64,000 nucleotides of DNA from Octopus vulgaris (GCA_951406725.2 OX597814.1:120094001-120158000), one strand, 5' to 3'. Counted from the stretch's first letter, positions 1-14,660 are shown. Notes: generated by a model not told the origin, from the letters alone. Numbers and translations: made by a program.

Positions 1-151
1 GAAGGTATCCTCGATGATGTGTTGTGTTATACAAGGACTGCTCTATATCCATCATGTGAAAATGAAACTTATACTAATGCTCTGTAGAACATGGTTTATA
101 TATATATATATGAGATTCCAGAAATCACATGTTTATTGCGATCATTGTCTG

Positions 152-189
152 TATAGCGGACTGTACTGAATACAATACAGTCCGCTATA
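152..189. repeat. 14-bp perfect inverted repeat (hairpin, 10-nt loop)
   Basis: tatagcggactgta (152-165) and tacagtccgctata (176-189) are exact reverse complements. Confidence 0.85.
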
Positions 190-378
190 TTCGTGGATCA
201 TAGATCACGAGTTCATTTCTTCGGGCGATACTATATTTAGCCTACTTTAAATCGGCATAGGTCGGTACAACATTATAAAACAGCCATTACAATTTAATAC
301 CATTAGGTTGTAGCTGACATGATCAAATAGGTTTTTACATTCCCACTCAAAAACGTTTCCTATAAACGAACTTAATGA

Positions 379-409
<31 letters not shown>

Positions 410-830
410 TGTATACCATCATGCACACTCCAACTCCCACACGAACACATAATACCTAAACGGAGATAATGTATATACATACATACACACACACGCAATA
501 CCCATAGACAGGCAGCACACATAGACAAAGATAACATTCGCCCACATACATACGCAATACGTACATACACTATTTAGTCACAGAGGCACACACACACAAA
601 CAGGTCAAACTCTATCGTCACCATTCCTACATACAGACGTACACACTGACACATTCCATTCTCTCATACACCCATACGCTTACGCACCTCCTGTTTTTGG
701 TATATCATGAATTATCTTCCCTTCATTCAATATCTCTCACTATTATCTCCCTTTCATTCAACCTCTAACGTACCAGCAAAGTGGATGTTTTAGACAATCC
801 TTTGAAGGAATTCCTTTACATAGTTTGTTA

Positions 831-876
<46 letters not shown>

Positions 877-1384
877 CGTGTGTGTGTATGTGTGTAGACA
901 ATAATGCAAATAACAAGATTTTTGAGCTTGATTTATTAAATATACATACATATACGCGCACTTATACACATGTATGTATGTATGCTTGTATGTAAGTTTC
1001 TAAACATTTCGCCGACCACAATTCCTGCGATGGTCGTAGTGGGAGTTTTCTCAGATACTACCTCATTTAATTTCCATGGCTGAATGACGGAACATCAAAT
1101 TTTCCATGTATAATGAAACATATTCGTTGCCGAACGGAAAGTGATTTGGAGGTAAAAGACGTGTGGTGTGGGGAGAAAATGGGGAAAAGAACTGAGTGTA
1201 TTTAATGAAGAAGGTGAAACTCACAGTGTGAAGAAAGAGAAATAAAAGTAGAAATAGAAGAGTTAAAGATTGGAAGAGTTAAAGAAGAAAGTATAGAAGG
1301 AATAAAACGAAAAACGAGGAGTTATTAGGAGTGAAGAAAAGAGGGAGGAGGATGAGAATGGAGGGACAACGACGACAACGAGAA

Positions 1385-1518
1385 CGACGACGACGACGAC
1401 GAAGAAGAAGAAGAAGAAGAAGAAGAAGAAGAAGAAGAAGAAGAAGAAGAAGAAGAAGAAGAAGAAGAAGAAGAAGAAGAAGAAGAAGAAGAAGAAGAAG
1501 AAGAAGAAGAAGAAGAAG
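1385..1518. repeat. (GAC)n-(GAA)n compound trinucleotide microsatellite
   Basis: Short GAC run followed by about 39 GAA units; explains the poly-F and poly-R ORFs. Confidence 0.95.
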
Positions 1519-2061
1519 CTCTTATTCACAAGGTTGTCATAAATATTTAAGTCGAATCACTTCAAATTCGAGACGCCTCCATAATTGAAAATGCCGGAAT
1601 AGTGATTATATTGTGTATGCTGTATGAAAGTCATTTGTTTTTGCATGCTAGAACAATATTTAATATTAATAGTATTCAAATATGTGAAAATATTCATAGC
1701 TCTAGGATAAGGTTTGGACTTCAGACTAAATTCTGACAAAGCTGATGCCTTCTACGATTTGATATGCTTTTAATATTCATTAAATATTAGAAAATGTTTA
1801 ATGTTCTCATGTTTTATTTAAATAATACTAGTTAAACAGATACACCATTAGGACGAAGAGTAGGGAAGTGATTTTCTTTATAAATACTGGTTGGTACTTT
1901 AAGTTACAAACAATTAAATGAATATAGTTTTAGCAAGGTAAGTCTGGCAACAATATCAAACGCCTTTGAATTAATTACGAAGCATATACAGTCTAGGCTC
2001 TAAGTCTACAAATGTGCTTCAAGGTTAAATGTTTTTGAATGATATATATTTATAGCCATAC

Positions 2062-2108
<47 letters not shown>

Positions 2109-2304
2109 TAAATTAGAGATAAAACCACTATTAGGCAAATCAAACAATGAAAAACTTAAGCCAATACATAAAATTAATTAATTTATATTATTTTAAATAT
2201 ATATCAAAATTATTAAAAGTTTAATAAAAGATATACGCATATACACATATGCGTATAAGTGCAGATACATATATCTGCATTTATATGAGTGCATATGTAA
2301 CGGC

Positions 2305-2368
<64 letters not shown>

Positions 2369-3266
2369 GACTTAGCCACATATATTATTACGTATTATCA
2401 TATATCATAATATTAATTTATCATTATAATATCTTATTGTATGCTTATATATATGCATATATATATACATATATGTATGCTGTGGAAGTGAGTGCAAAAT
2501 TGAGTAGCAGTCACAAACACCACATACATTTGTGTGAGTAGATTTATAAAGAGATTACTCTGATATTTATATTTTCTTAAACTATGACTGCATTAAGTTA
2601 AAGAAGTAAGCATTTTTTTGCAGTAATCGTGCATGTTTACAGAATACATTCACAAGAAAGCTAATAGCTTTTTCCTATTGATTCTGATTCGTAGCTTTCT
2701 CCGGTCACGCAGAATGTGAAGTCATATATATATCACTTACTTCATCAGATAATATGTATACAAATACTACTTCTGAGAGTTAACCCATAAATTAGTCAAC
2801 TTCAAATAGTAAAGGTCCATATCAACCGATTTCAAACATGGTTTCACTGAAGTTTTGCAATTGCTACTCAGATGCACTAAGAATTTATCTTCGATGGTTC
2901 CTCTGCATTTCTCTCATTTTAGGTACGAACACCACGAATGTCCGAGATCTTGAATTGTATTTAAATATAGACAATATTAGAGATGACGATGTGGATCACA
3001 TTTTTTGCTAAAATTAGACCTCAATCAGACTTACCAGTAAATCTGTGTTCTCAAATAATTAAGACTCCGGATGTTTTCGAGCTAGAAAAATGATAGGAAA
3101 TAAACAAAGTATTTAATTACATACCTTAAGGTTTCGACATGAACAATTCAATAAGTGTCTGTGTCTCTACAAATTTAGTGGAAAGACGGTTTAACGTCTA
3201 TTTTTAGCGTACAAGAGATCCACATAGTGATCTCTCATATTGTTTATTGTTTATACATATATTCAT

Positions 3267-3354
<88 letters not shown>

Positions 3355-3530
3355 AATTATATAAATAAGGATAAGACCGCTAATTTAAATTCATTTTATC
3401 ACTGTATTTACTGTGGCGATATTTTGACCATAGCTCACAGGGAATTAAGCGGTGGGCATTTTGAACTGGCCATTATGCATACATGCATCTATATGTTGGT
3501 ATACTTTCGTATATGTAAGTATTTGTATGT

Positions 3531-3568
<38 letters not shown>

Positions 3569-3586
3569 TGTTTCTCTTCTGTGTGT

Positions 3587-3645
3587 ATTCTACTGACGAG
3601 GCAAAGCATTCCTAAATGCTAATTCAGAAATCTGGGATCTAGAAT
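3587..3645 (+). ncRNA. Type I hammerhead ribozyme motif (partly degenerate)
   Basis: Helix I attcta(3587-92)/tagaat(3640-45); core CTGACGA (3593-99); helix II agcatt/aatgct; GAAA (3627-30); helix III atc-tgg-gat; AUC cleavage triplet. The 10.1-11.1 pair is a G/A mismatch. Confidence 0.6.
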
Positions 3646-4234
3646 TATCCAGTAATTTTTACTAGTTTCATCTTGTCTCTTTGTTTTCTTTCCGTGTTGA
3701 TATATGGACAATTAGGTGGTTTTAGAGCCAGATCATTGCGTCAAACAATGGTTCTGTGGCGTGTTTTATTACACATTAATCTTGAAATCTTTATAACTGT
3801 TTAGTGTTGATCTGGCATATCTACACTTCGTTGCGGTTCCATTCATCTTGTAGTTGCGGAATAGTATCTAGCTTTATTTTTTTCTCAAGAGGAATAAAGA
3901 AATATTTATAACATGGCAATCGTCTGTTTATTTAATGCACATGTCGTTCATGTTTTCATCTCATCACCACCTATTTGCCTGCGTTACAGTATTTATGCAT
4001 AAAGATTTATTTACAGAATTCAATCTAAGTCCCATTTCGTATAATTTTTCAAGATTGAATATCTAATGTTATTTCCGTGTAGAAAATGATCTTTCTTAAG
4101 ATTTATAGATATTAATTTCGGAAAGGCTACTTTTGGATTTTCTGATGTATAATGAACAGCGTCATATTTTTATATTTATTATATTATGGTTAATTAGTCA
4201 TTTACATATTAACAAACTTGTATGATATATATGT

Positions 4235-4240
<6 letters not shown>

Positions 4241-4330
<90 letters not shown>

Positions 4331-4372
4331 GTATGGTATGTACGTGTGTGTGTGTGTGTGCGCGCGCGCGCA
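4241..4372. repeat. Compound (TA)n/(TATG)n/(TG)n/(CG)n microsatellite
   Basis: Read directly. Similar (TA)n tracts recur throughout, e.g. 835-873, 4661-4853, 6511-6590, 7471-7689, 19610-19782, 26674-26936, 31553-31621, 57287-57352. Confidence 0.95.
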
Positions 4373-4712
4373 TATATCTGCCTATGTGCGAATGTGTTTG
4401 CATATACGCACAGAAACACACACACACACATACAGGCACAGAAATATATGCATAGAGTGTTTGAAGTGATTAGAGATATATATTAAGAAAAGAGAGGCTG
4501 TCAGAATTTTGGATAATTCTTTATTAGCACTTTCTTGAAGAGTTCGGTTAAGCGAATAAAAGCGCTATATATAGAATTAGGAAAATCACTGGCTGTCTCT
4601 TGTATGTATATATATATAGAATGTTCGCATTGGTGTACATATGCATATACATACATACACATACATATATATGTATATATATATATAAATATATATATAT
4701 TTATATATATAA

Positions 4713-4801
<89 letters not shown>

Positions 4802-4816
4802 AATAAATATATATGT

Positions 4817-4858
<42 letters not shown>

Positions 4859-5235
4859 GGAGGCGCAATAGCCCAGCGGTTAGGGCAGCGAACACGCGGT
4901 CGTAGAATCGCAGTTTCGATATCCAGACCGGGCGTTGTGAGTGTTAATTGAGCAAAAACACATAAAGCTCCATGAGTCTCCTGCAGGGGGGTGGGGTTGC
5001 GAACCCTGTTGTACTCTTTCACCACAACATTCTCTCACTCTTACTTCTTGTTTTTGTTGTACTTTTATTTGAAAGGGCCAGCCGTGTCACAATGTGTGTC
5101 ACGCTGAATCTCCCTGAGAATGACATTATAGGTGCACTTGTCTATGGAGTCCTCAGCCATTTGCACGTTAATTTCACGAGCAGGTTTTTCTGTTAATCGG
5201 ATCAACTGGGACCCTCGTCGTCGCAACCATGCCAC
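4859..5235 (+). mobile_element. tRNA-derived SINE
   Basis: ggaggcgcaa start; A-box-like tagcccagcgg and B-box-like gtttcgatatcc; followed by ttgagcaaaaacac, a head shared with the SINE at 51303; flanked by TA repeats. Confidence 0.75.
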
Positions 5236-5262
5236 TAAATATATGTATATAAATAAATATAT

Positions 5263-5297
<35 letters not shown>

Positions 5298-5633
5298 CGA
5301 CGAGTTATTGATAAAACCTTTTTCCACTCACCAACTACATTAGAGATTTAGCCAGGGTGAACTTATGGCATTAAAAGTTATCCAACGATGTTCTGTTGTT
5401 CCAACCCTAAATCATAACACACTCACCTTTGTCGGATTATTAGCATTGGCCAAATCACTGCCTACTATCTCCTCCTGGCGTCCAACTTTTTTCCTCTTTC
5501 TTGTTTCATAGCCAACAATTCGTTCTCTCTTCTGCGTCTCCCATCCTGCGCACAGTCACCCTCTCTTTTTCTTTCCTTGTAATGGCTAGGGAAAGAAAGA
5601 AAGAGAGAGAAAGAGAGAGAAAGAGAGAGATAC

Positions 5634-5665
<32 letters not shown>

Positions 5666-6510
5666 GTTTATATTTAAGACAAATGTACAGCTCTCTGTGA
5701 TTGTTGTAGGGAAGCTACTTCTTATTATTTTTGTCTTATTTTGTAAAGGAAGGAAATGGAGATCAGTTTTCGATATTTTTAGTTACATAATTTCTTGTTT
5801 CAGAAATGAGTAGAGAAATATTTATTCATTTAAAATCTTATGAATCGTATATCCCATAACACGTATGTAGAAAGAAAATGTGGGACTTTTTCATGCATAT
5901 TTTCACCAAATATTGCGGAAATATGCATGAAGCTGTAAATGTTCACTTGGGATTTTAATTTCCCCTCAGCTAACATCCTGAAGAGGCATCATTGAGGGGG
6001 ATTTCAGTATTTGTGGAGAAGCTAAATTATATTCAATTTATTTTACAAAGTAGAACAGGAAATGTCAAATCTTGTATACGCTAATCGCTTATGTGTTTGT
6101 GCCGTTATATAGATGGTATTACTATCACAATATGGCTAAAGTTTTAGACAATTAAATCCTATTATTGTCGTGGACAGGAAGCGTGAAAGCCGTGATTTGC
6201 TGTGAATAGATTCTTGAACAAGGGAGAGATTATTTTTTGCAAAATTGTGTACTAGCAAGTTTAATTGAAGGGAGACGGAAATTTGTGTTGAATCATTTAC
6301 ATTGCTAATTCAGATTATCATGTATTGTGTGTTAATGCGTTGAGAAATTTACCTATATATCTGAGAGATTTTCAATATACAGTTTGTTTGCGAAGTTTCG
6401 CCCACAATTGTTTAAATTTTAAATTTAGATTCTTCTTGGGCCTGTAACAGGAAATTGAATGAAATACCAAGTAAACAGAAATGTCGATGAGCTCCAAGAT
6501 GTAACCGGAA

Positions 6511-6593
<83 letters not shown>

Positions 6594-7488
6594 ATATATA
6601 TATGTGGATGGTATCATAAATGTGATTAGCAGCTCCCCAAAAATTCAGATCAAATGACGTTGTCGCAAAAGCAATGTATATAAGCCTCTAGATAATAAGA
6701 CTGGCCTTGAAAAATATCGATAATCTCCTTGATATAGAATGCATACACAGACATCAACAAAAATGGTATTAGTGGAATATTCGACCAAAACATCTGTCAA
6801 GTATAAACACAAAAGGCTAGCTATTGCTGTTTGGGACAGACAAAAATAAAACGTATGTACCGTCATGGAGGTTAAATATCCTGCTGAAACAAATATCTCT
6901 TTGAAAATCAAATATGTAGAGTGTCATTCACATTCATATCAATAATAAGTGACGCATGAGTTTTGTAAGTAAACGTCTAACTGACAATTTGGATAAGGTA
7001 GTGTTTTCAGAAAAAAGAAATCAACGAACTCTCACATATTAAGTGACGCAGTAATGCTATGCAAGCCTTTTCTCAAGTACGTCATGTTATATTGCTTTTG
7101 TTGTCATTATATTTTTGTTACAAACCACAACTTTCCCCACAGGCAGAATTAAAATAATTGAAAACAGAAGAGAACATACATACATAAATACATACATATA
7201 TACATGCATGTTTCTAAGTTAGATATAACGAAAACACTCAGTCAGTGAACCTAACTTTGGCTTTTGCATACGTTATCACTGTTTAATGAAGTTCTAGTGA
7301 ACAAATAGCCGCGGAGCGACTTGCTTTGTAAGTTAGCATATTCCCTCAATGACATGCTGGGAAACAACCTAAAGAAGTATAACCCAACAGACAAAGAATC
7401 TGCGTTGTACGTATGTATGTATATTTGCATATAAATGTACATGTCGATGTTCTTGTGTATGTATATGTGTGTATGTGTATATATATAT

Positions 7489-7549
<61 letters not shown>

Positions 7550-7555
7550 TATATA

Positions 7556-7598
<43 letters not shown>

Positions 7599-7638
7599 TT
7601 ATATATATATATATTTCAGCTCAAAGCTGTGGCCACGC

Positions 7639-7690
<52 letters not shown>

Positions 7691-8198
7691 GCACACACAC
7701 CACACATTCACCAGCATACGACCGTCCATACGCATACATACTAATGTTAATCTACGCGCGCGCGCAGAAACATTTAGAATGTAAAGTTTCAAAAGACATT
7801 GAAATCATATTTAGTTTCGATTTATTGGAATATTTTATAATGTTTCCGATAATTTTATTTCATCGTAAGTACATCTAATAGATATATTTTTACACATTTT
7901 CTATAAATATATATTTAGTTGATGTATTACTTTATTTTTATACAAATATATTTAGTAGACATTTTCATAATAAATCAGCCCATAATTCATTATTTTGTTT
8001 ACATTATTTCTTTCACTATTTGTAAATATATCATTGTATTATTTGCTTCCTGCAATATCTTTAGACTCCGTCTGGGATTGTCTTGAAATCAATCTATATG
8101 TCTGTTTGTTTCCATCTCTAAATTCAGTATATGATTGAATAGAATAAGAAAAATCACACATATTCAGGCAAGGTAATATGAATAATAAATAGATAAAT

Positions 8199-8238
<40 letters not shown>

Positions 8239-8335
8239 GTGTGAGCGTGTGCGGGTGCATTTATGTGTGTGCATGTGAGTGTGCGTTTGTGTGCGAACGT
8301 GTGTTTGCACATATGTATACATATGTGTACATTTT

Positions 8336-8372
<37 letters not shown>

Positions 8373-9328
8373 AACCGAATTACTTCTTTGTTTACGCCAC
8401 AAATAAGCAGGAAATTGTATACAAGTATTACGTAAACACTTAAGAATTCTCTTCACTCGTTAGTGATTACAAAACGTGAACCACTCAGAGAAGGAGAGAT
8501 GCGAATAGTCCCGGGTTCGTTCCTTGCTTAGGCACCGAGCGATGGAACTTACCTTTTGAAAAGACATATATATTTTGTGTATAAAGGGTATTTTTCTTGT
8601 ATGTGTGTGTGCATGTGTGTGTGTGTGAGTGTGTGTGTGTGTGTGTCTGTTTTTTGTATGTGTGAGTCCGTAGGCACCTACAGCTTTATTTTTTTGCGTC
8701 TAAGTTATTTGTGTGTATCAGAAATAGATAAGAATGAGAAAGGGTAGGAAATTCAACGCTGGGACTCACCAGTCTATGTTGTGAGGTAGACAGAAATAAC
8801 TCCGCTATCATATTCCACAAGAGCTATGATATGACACGAAGCTCCCAAATAGAGAACTAAAACAGGGATGGAGCCTTAAGTTGGGCATTAGAATGCGAGT
8901 GTCGCATTTTAATGAGTTGTGATTATCGAGAAAAGGCACAGCGCCTTCTTTGTTCTGACCATGGTATAAGACACGGCTACTGAGTAAATCAAGTGAACAG
9001 GATTCCTGTGGGACTGGCCCTTAGTGATCGTATTAGTACTCTTTCAGAAGAAAGGAAGAGTGATCGAGAGGGAGAGAAAGAGAGTGGAGCCAAAGAAAGA
9101 GGATCTCAACGATTGTAAATCGTTGGTTTAAAACCATTTGAAGCAATTAAAGATCGGAAAAAACTGATCTTGGAAGGGTATATATCTGTATAGGAATTGT
9201 ACCTAATTTCCTAGTTTATCCGAAAGCGCATACGTATTTCAAAATATTTATAACGTTGACGCACAAAGGCAGGTATCACTTATATGTAATTCAGAGCAAG
9301 TACGGATATGATTACCTCATAACTTTTC

Positions 9329-9417
9329 TATGTATGTATGTATGTATGTATGTATGTATGTATGTATGTATGTATGTATGTATGTATGTATTTATGTATG
9401 TATGTATGTATGTATGT
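9329..9417. repeat. (TATG)n tetranucleotide microsatellite
   Basis: About 22 TATG units. Confidence 0.95.
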
Positions 9418-10087
9418 AAGGTGAGCTGGAAGATGATAAGGAGTCAGCACATAAATGAGGTCCAAGGACTTCCTCGGAATTGGTCTGACACAGACGGGAG
9501 TTTCAGTTGTTGATTAAGAGAAGGAAAGACCGAAATAGATGGAGGCAAAGAGAGCACAGCAATTGCTAGAAGTTTGAAACAGAGAAAATGAAGCTCAAAA
9601 GATGAAGCGAAGGTTTAGAAAGAATGAACCAGTGAAAATGATGGAGAATTGCTTTCATGTGTGTGATTTATGGTGTAAACGTTTGCGTCGTTACGTAGCC
9701 ATCAGAGAATTCATAGGAATCAGCTCACTGCAAATTGTGATAAGGCTATTGTTCACAACCGAACGTCTGCAACCAGGAAGCCTGGAAACATGTGTCTTTC
9801 AGTTGGAAGATTGAAAAGGCATGTCAAAACCATGCATACTTCGGCACTTCTTCCGTCTGCCCGCAAGCACATCTTATGCATCATGCAGTACAATGTGCAC
9901 ATCTCTGTGCGTGTTGAAGATACATACAAGGGTTTCACAGTGCATCATCAATGACTCATTTCCATGATTCATTCTTACAATGATTTTGCTCGTATACGAG
10001 AAGGCAGCAATTATGTATATATGCCTGCATGCATATATGTATGTATGTATGTATTTACGTATGTACGTATCTATGTGTGTATATGTA

Positions 10088-10200
10088 GGAAGAGTTTACG
10101 AAAAAGCAAAAGAAGAAGACAGGTGGTGTAAAAAACAAACAGAGGTATTAGTATAACGCTCAGGAATAGAAAAGTGTTTTACGTTTCGAGCCTACGCTCA
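10088..10200 (-). mobile_element. Truncated copy of Penelope pseudo-LTR-like repeat (family P1)
   Basis: Reverse complement gagcgtaggctcgaaacgtaaaac...ctaatacctctgtttgtt matches the copies at 28349 and 58909. Confidence 0.65.
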
Positions 10201-10348
10201 TATACATATATATATATACATACATATATATATGCATGTATGCATATTGCATGTGTATATGTATGTACGTTCTGTTCTATTCTTAATTATTCAATCTTTG
10301 GAATGATCTGGCGTCTAATAAAAATGCATACACACACACAGAGTCACA

Positions 10349-10435
<87 letters not shown>

Positions 10436-10452
10436 ATAGATATATACATATA

Positions 10453-10617
10453 TTTGACGGGCTTCTTTCAGTTTCTGTCTACCAAATCCACTCAAAAAGC
10501 TTTGGTCGGCCCGAGGCTATAGTAGAAGACACTTGCACAAGGTGCCACGCAGTGGGACTGAACCTGGAACTATATGGTTCGTCACCAAGCTACTTACCAC
10601 ACAGCTCCTCCTACGCC
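10453..10617 (-). mobile_element. SINE family A (tRNA head plus CORE-like box), 5' part
   Basis: Matches the 5' half of the full copies at 38944 and 59446 (ggcaccttgtgcaagtgtcttctactatagcctcgggccgacc). Confidence 0.85.
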
Positions 10618-11059
10618 TATGTATGTTCCATAGGTGAAGGTGAAAGGCAGATAGCGGATGAGAGACAGACGCTGATGTTTCATAACTTATGCACGTTCTA
10701 TAGATGAAAGTGAAAGTAAGCCAGCACAAAATTGATACTGTACGTTCTATATAGAAATTTATAGAAATTCTTGTTTCACTAAGTTTAATTATTTCGGTTT
10801 CTAAATAGAATAGCTTGGAGAATAATGAAATATTTCTCCACATAAATTTGCGTAATTTCCGTTTATCTCTTGTAAATGATGGTAATATATCTTGTGTTGC
10901 GTACGGAATGCTTTTTTTCTTGTACTCGCACTTATTAACGGCATTTAGCATAAATTGTTCAAATGTGTTGTGTTGTACATTGTAGTGTGGGCATACATTC
11001 ACGTAAACTTATCTTTCGAAGGAAAATTCCTAAATGAAATAACGAGAATCTGTGTCTCT

Positions 11060-11281
11060 AATTATCCCACCAACACAGCCACCAATACCACATTCATTAC
11101 CAGTACCACTACCACAAACACCATCACCGCTACCACCACCTACACAGAACAACACCAGAACCTCAACCACTACCACCACCTACCCAAAGCAATACCACAT
11201 CCACAACCACTACGACTATCCCACCACCACCATCACCACTATCACCACTACCACCACTACCACGAGTACCATCTCCACCAA
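11060..11281. repeat. ACC-rich low-complexity tract
   Basis: Degenerate (ACC)n; produces the Thr/His/Pro-rich spurious ORFs. Confidence 0.8.
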
Positions 11282-11645
11282 TATACAAGTGTCTTAATTT
11301 ACAAAAAGCTTTGTGGAATGTTACTCACTGAAAAACATCTCAGTGTAGTGCATATTCTGTCCGGCCAATAAAATAAGTAGCATAATCCTCTGAAACTATG
11401 TTGGTTTGCATCAGCAGTGTGTATTGACAGATAAGAAAAAAATTAATTTGCTGTGAGGCAGACAACCATTGTACAATTTTGGGCCATTAGCTCTCGTAGA
11501 TTGCCCATTTCGTTACTGCATTCTCATCCTTTTCCCCACAGTAAATCAAATTATTCTACTTGGAAACCATTAGTACATATTTAGTTAAGTATTTGAAATA
11601 TGCATGGAATTAGAGGTAAGAGGTAACTTCCAGAATAACTTACTA

Positions 11646-11763
11646 TTACAATTTTGAAATTCTTTTGTGATAATCTGGAAAATATCTTCTGGCAATATCA
11701 TCTGCGGTTTGTGCAAAGTTATTATTTGCTATTAATTCCTTCTGTGCTAGAATATCAACTTTT
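11646..11763 (-). CDS. Candidate terminal coding exon (KVDILAQKELIANNNFAQTADDIARRYFPDYHKRISKL*) of an unidentified gene
   Basis: Acceptor tttattttggttattcgatgtctgtag; non-repetitive protein-like frame; ends in SKL-stop; phase-2 start. Confidence 0.35.
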
Positions 11764-13053
11764 CTACAGACATCGAATAACCAAAATAAATATATGAAAG
11801 CCAAAATAACTTCGTCACCAAGAATGTGGAAGTAATCAGCCAGAATATTGATAACATTTCTTTTGAAACAATTTTTTTCCAAATCTTTTCTTTAAAAATA
11901 TATTTTTACTTCAAATGATATGATGATCGATATCATACATTTTTTCGCCTATTCTTCCGAGCTATAATTTCGCTGGAGTAACATATGATATAAATGAATA
12001 GAGTTTCCAGTGACAAAGTCTCTTTGTGAAAAATCTCCATTTTCAAGGTCTGTATTTTTAAAAAAATTTACCATAGTGGACTACCTGTTACATTGAAATC
12101 GATATATTTGTCCACGTCATGTACATATAGAAGAATGAGGTGTTGATTTGCTTGTGCATATATCAAATCATCATATATACGTATACAAATATATTTGCAC
12201 GTGTGTAACTATATATATATATATATATAGTTACACACCAAACTACAAATATTGAAGTACGCGTATTCTTATACAGATATGTAGTCACATAAATTTGATA
12301 ACTGCACGTAGGCATTTATAAATAATCTCATTTATAAAGCACTCATATTTATGAAGATATTCATTCGTATGTACCTATGCATTAATACATATATTTCGAC
12401 ACTACTCCAAACAGAAACAGGTCTGGCATTGGACTTTAATGGGAATTTAATGAGAATAATACAGTAAGAAACAAATTTTGAACATGTATAATACTTAATT
12501 CTCCTTGAATGTCTTGAATGTATATGTACATATCGTGTGTGTATACATCTCTCTCTCTCTCACTGTCACTATATATATATTTATAGGTATATGTATGCAT
12601 GTATGTATGTACGTATGCATGTATGTCTGTATAAATTGCTTGAACCTTCTGTTTTTCCTTTTTTCCTTTTCTTAACAAAAATTACCTGCACAGTAATTTG
12701 GAATCCATTGTTCGCAATTGCATTCTGGATAACTATTAATTACGTAGATGTAGATCTATCTCAATACCTTCAAACTATAGATTTTTAGAGAGATGTAACA
12801 GATCATGTACGATAGCCATATTATACAATAAAACCGACCGCCTCCTCACTGCTACGTATATTAGGCACTAATTTCCTGTATTGTTGGACACACACGAATG
12901 TCAATAAAACGTAAGACTGATTGAACCATTGTTGCATATTAACATTCCAGTCAGTCACAATTCATACGCGTACACACTTGCAAAAACATGTATGTAAGCT
13001 ATAGAGTACCTATATAAACAGAGCTAATTAAGGTGTTTCTCAGTAGACTGGAA

Positions 13054-13139
13054 AAATATTTGTGTTTCTGAGAGTATGCGCATGTTGATACGTAAATATT
13101 TGTGTTTCTGAGAGTATGCGCATGTTGATACGTAAATAT
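13054..13139. repeat. Perfect 40-bp tandem duplication
   Basis: aaatatttgtgtttctgagagtatgcgcatgttgatacgt x2 plus a partial unit. Confidence 0.9.
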
Positions 13140-13476
13140 ACGCGTATGTGTATGTATGTTTGTGTGATTGTACGTGTGCGTGTGTTTGTGGAGAGAGAGG
13201 TCGGGGAAACATATTTCGGTTCATGATCATAAGATCGTCGTTTCGATTTCGGAAATGAGATAAATTTTTTGTGTCTTTGAGCCTCACACTTTTTGCTACA
13301 TATCCGCAGGTGCCTTATTAAGCATTTCAAAATGTGACATATAGATTGTAAGTTATAACAGTCTGTACTAAGTACAATATAACCCCCACACACACAAAAA
13401 AAAAAACCGAATGATATCACTGTAAATTATATTTACATGAAACATTGGAAATCCTTATGACATTGGACAGCGTTCG

Positions 13477-13597
<121 letters not shown>

Positions 13598-14124
13598 TGT
13601 AGAAAAATACAAACTGGGACAAGAACGTAAAACATTTAAAAGACGATACAAATAACACGGACGGGTCATTCGAAGCCTTCAATCTTTAGTCAAGAACCGG
13701 TTCATCCTAGCAAATCCGGCTGATTATATATATATATATATATATAATCAGCCGAAATTGATAGGATGATATATATATATATATATATATAAGAGAAGAA
13801 AAAAATACATAGGAAGAATCATCACAGAAGATATACGTCCGAAATAACATTATATTATGAGATAAATATATAACGTTTGATTATATAAAATGCTAAAAGA
13901 TTAAAAGTTTTAATCATACCTTATATATTTATACATCTATCTATAAATACGATATTATTTTGGACGTATATCTACTGTGATGATTTTTTAATGCAATTTT
14001 CTTGCTCTTATTTTATAAAATAATATATAGTCGCTCTTATTAAATGTCTAAATACCTTTAATGTTTTAGCCATCTCCCTACAAAGAGCGCTTATTAGAAA
14101 TTCAGCATATTATATTTTCATTGA

Positions 14125-14180
<56 letters not shown>

Positions 14181-14182
<2 letters not shown>

Positions 14183-14240
14183 CGATGGCCGGATAACTGA
14201 AGAGATGGCGGCGTGGATTTCCATCCCAGAATCTGAAACT
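14181..14240 (+). mobile_element. Hammerhead-bearing repeat (family of the 31720 copy) with helix III lost
   Basis: cgatggccggataaCTGAAGAgatggcggcgtggatttccatcccagaatctGAAAct aligns with the reverse complement of 31737-31794; starts directly after (TA)n. Confidence 0.65.
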
Positions 14241-14560
14241 GTTACATGGGAATGTAAATATGTTTGCAAATTTTTTTGTTACATGTTATTCTGTGTTCTG
14301 AATACCTTTCTTTTAATAAATGTTGCTTACTGCAAGTTATGGATGATTCTTTTATGACTTCATTGCTTTCAGGCTTAGTTAAGGTATTTTCACGCCAGAC
14401 ATCACAAAACGAGTCTGAATAAACATTGCTGGACAGCAAATAGAGACTCGGACATTGCTTATAAAATATTTTTCATTTTTTACCTCAAATATAGTACGCG
14501 CTAGGAATTTCGACCTTTAAATTTTGGGAAAAAATGCAGAATTTACTCGAGGATTTACGG

Positions 14561-14592
<32 letters not shown>

Positions 14593-14609
14593 CACATTAC
14601 ATATATACA

Positions 14610-14659
<50 letters not shown>

Positions 14660-14660
<1 letters not shown>

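Noticed and set aside
2923-3011. Plus-strand terminal exon TNTTNVRDLELYLNIDNIRDDDVDHIFC* after a good acceptor
   Set aside because: No partner exons or homology recognised; acceptor-like sites are common in AT-rich DNA
4859-4935. Functional tRNA gene (also the SINE heads at 51303, 38944 and 53744)
   Set aside because: No closed cloverleaf, and the sequence continues into a repeat body; these are SINE heads
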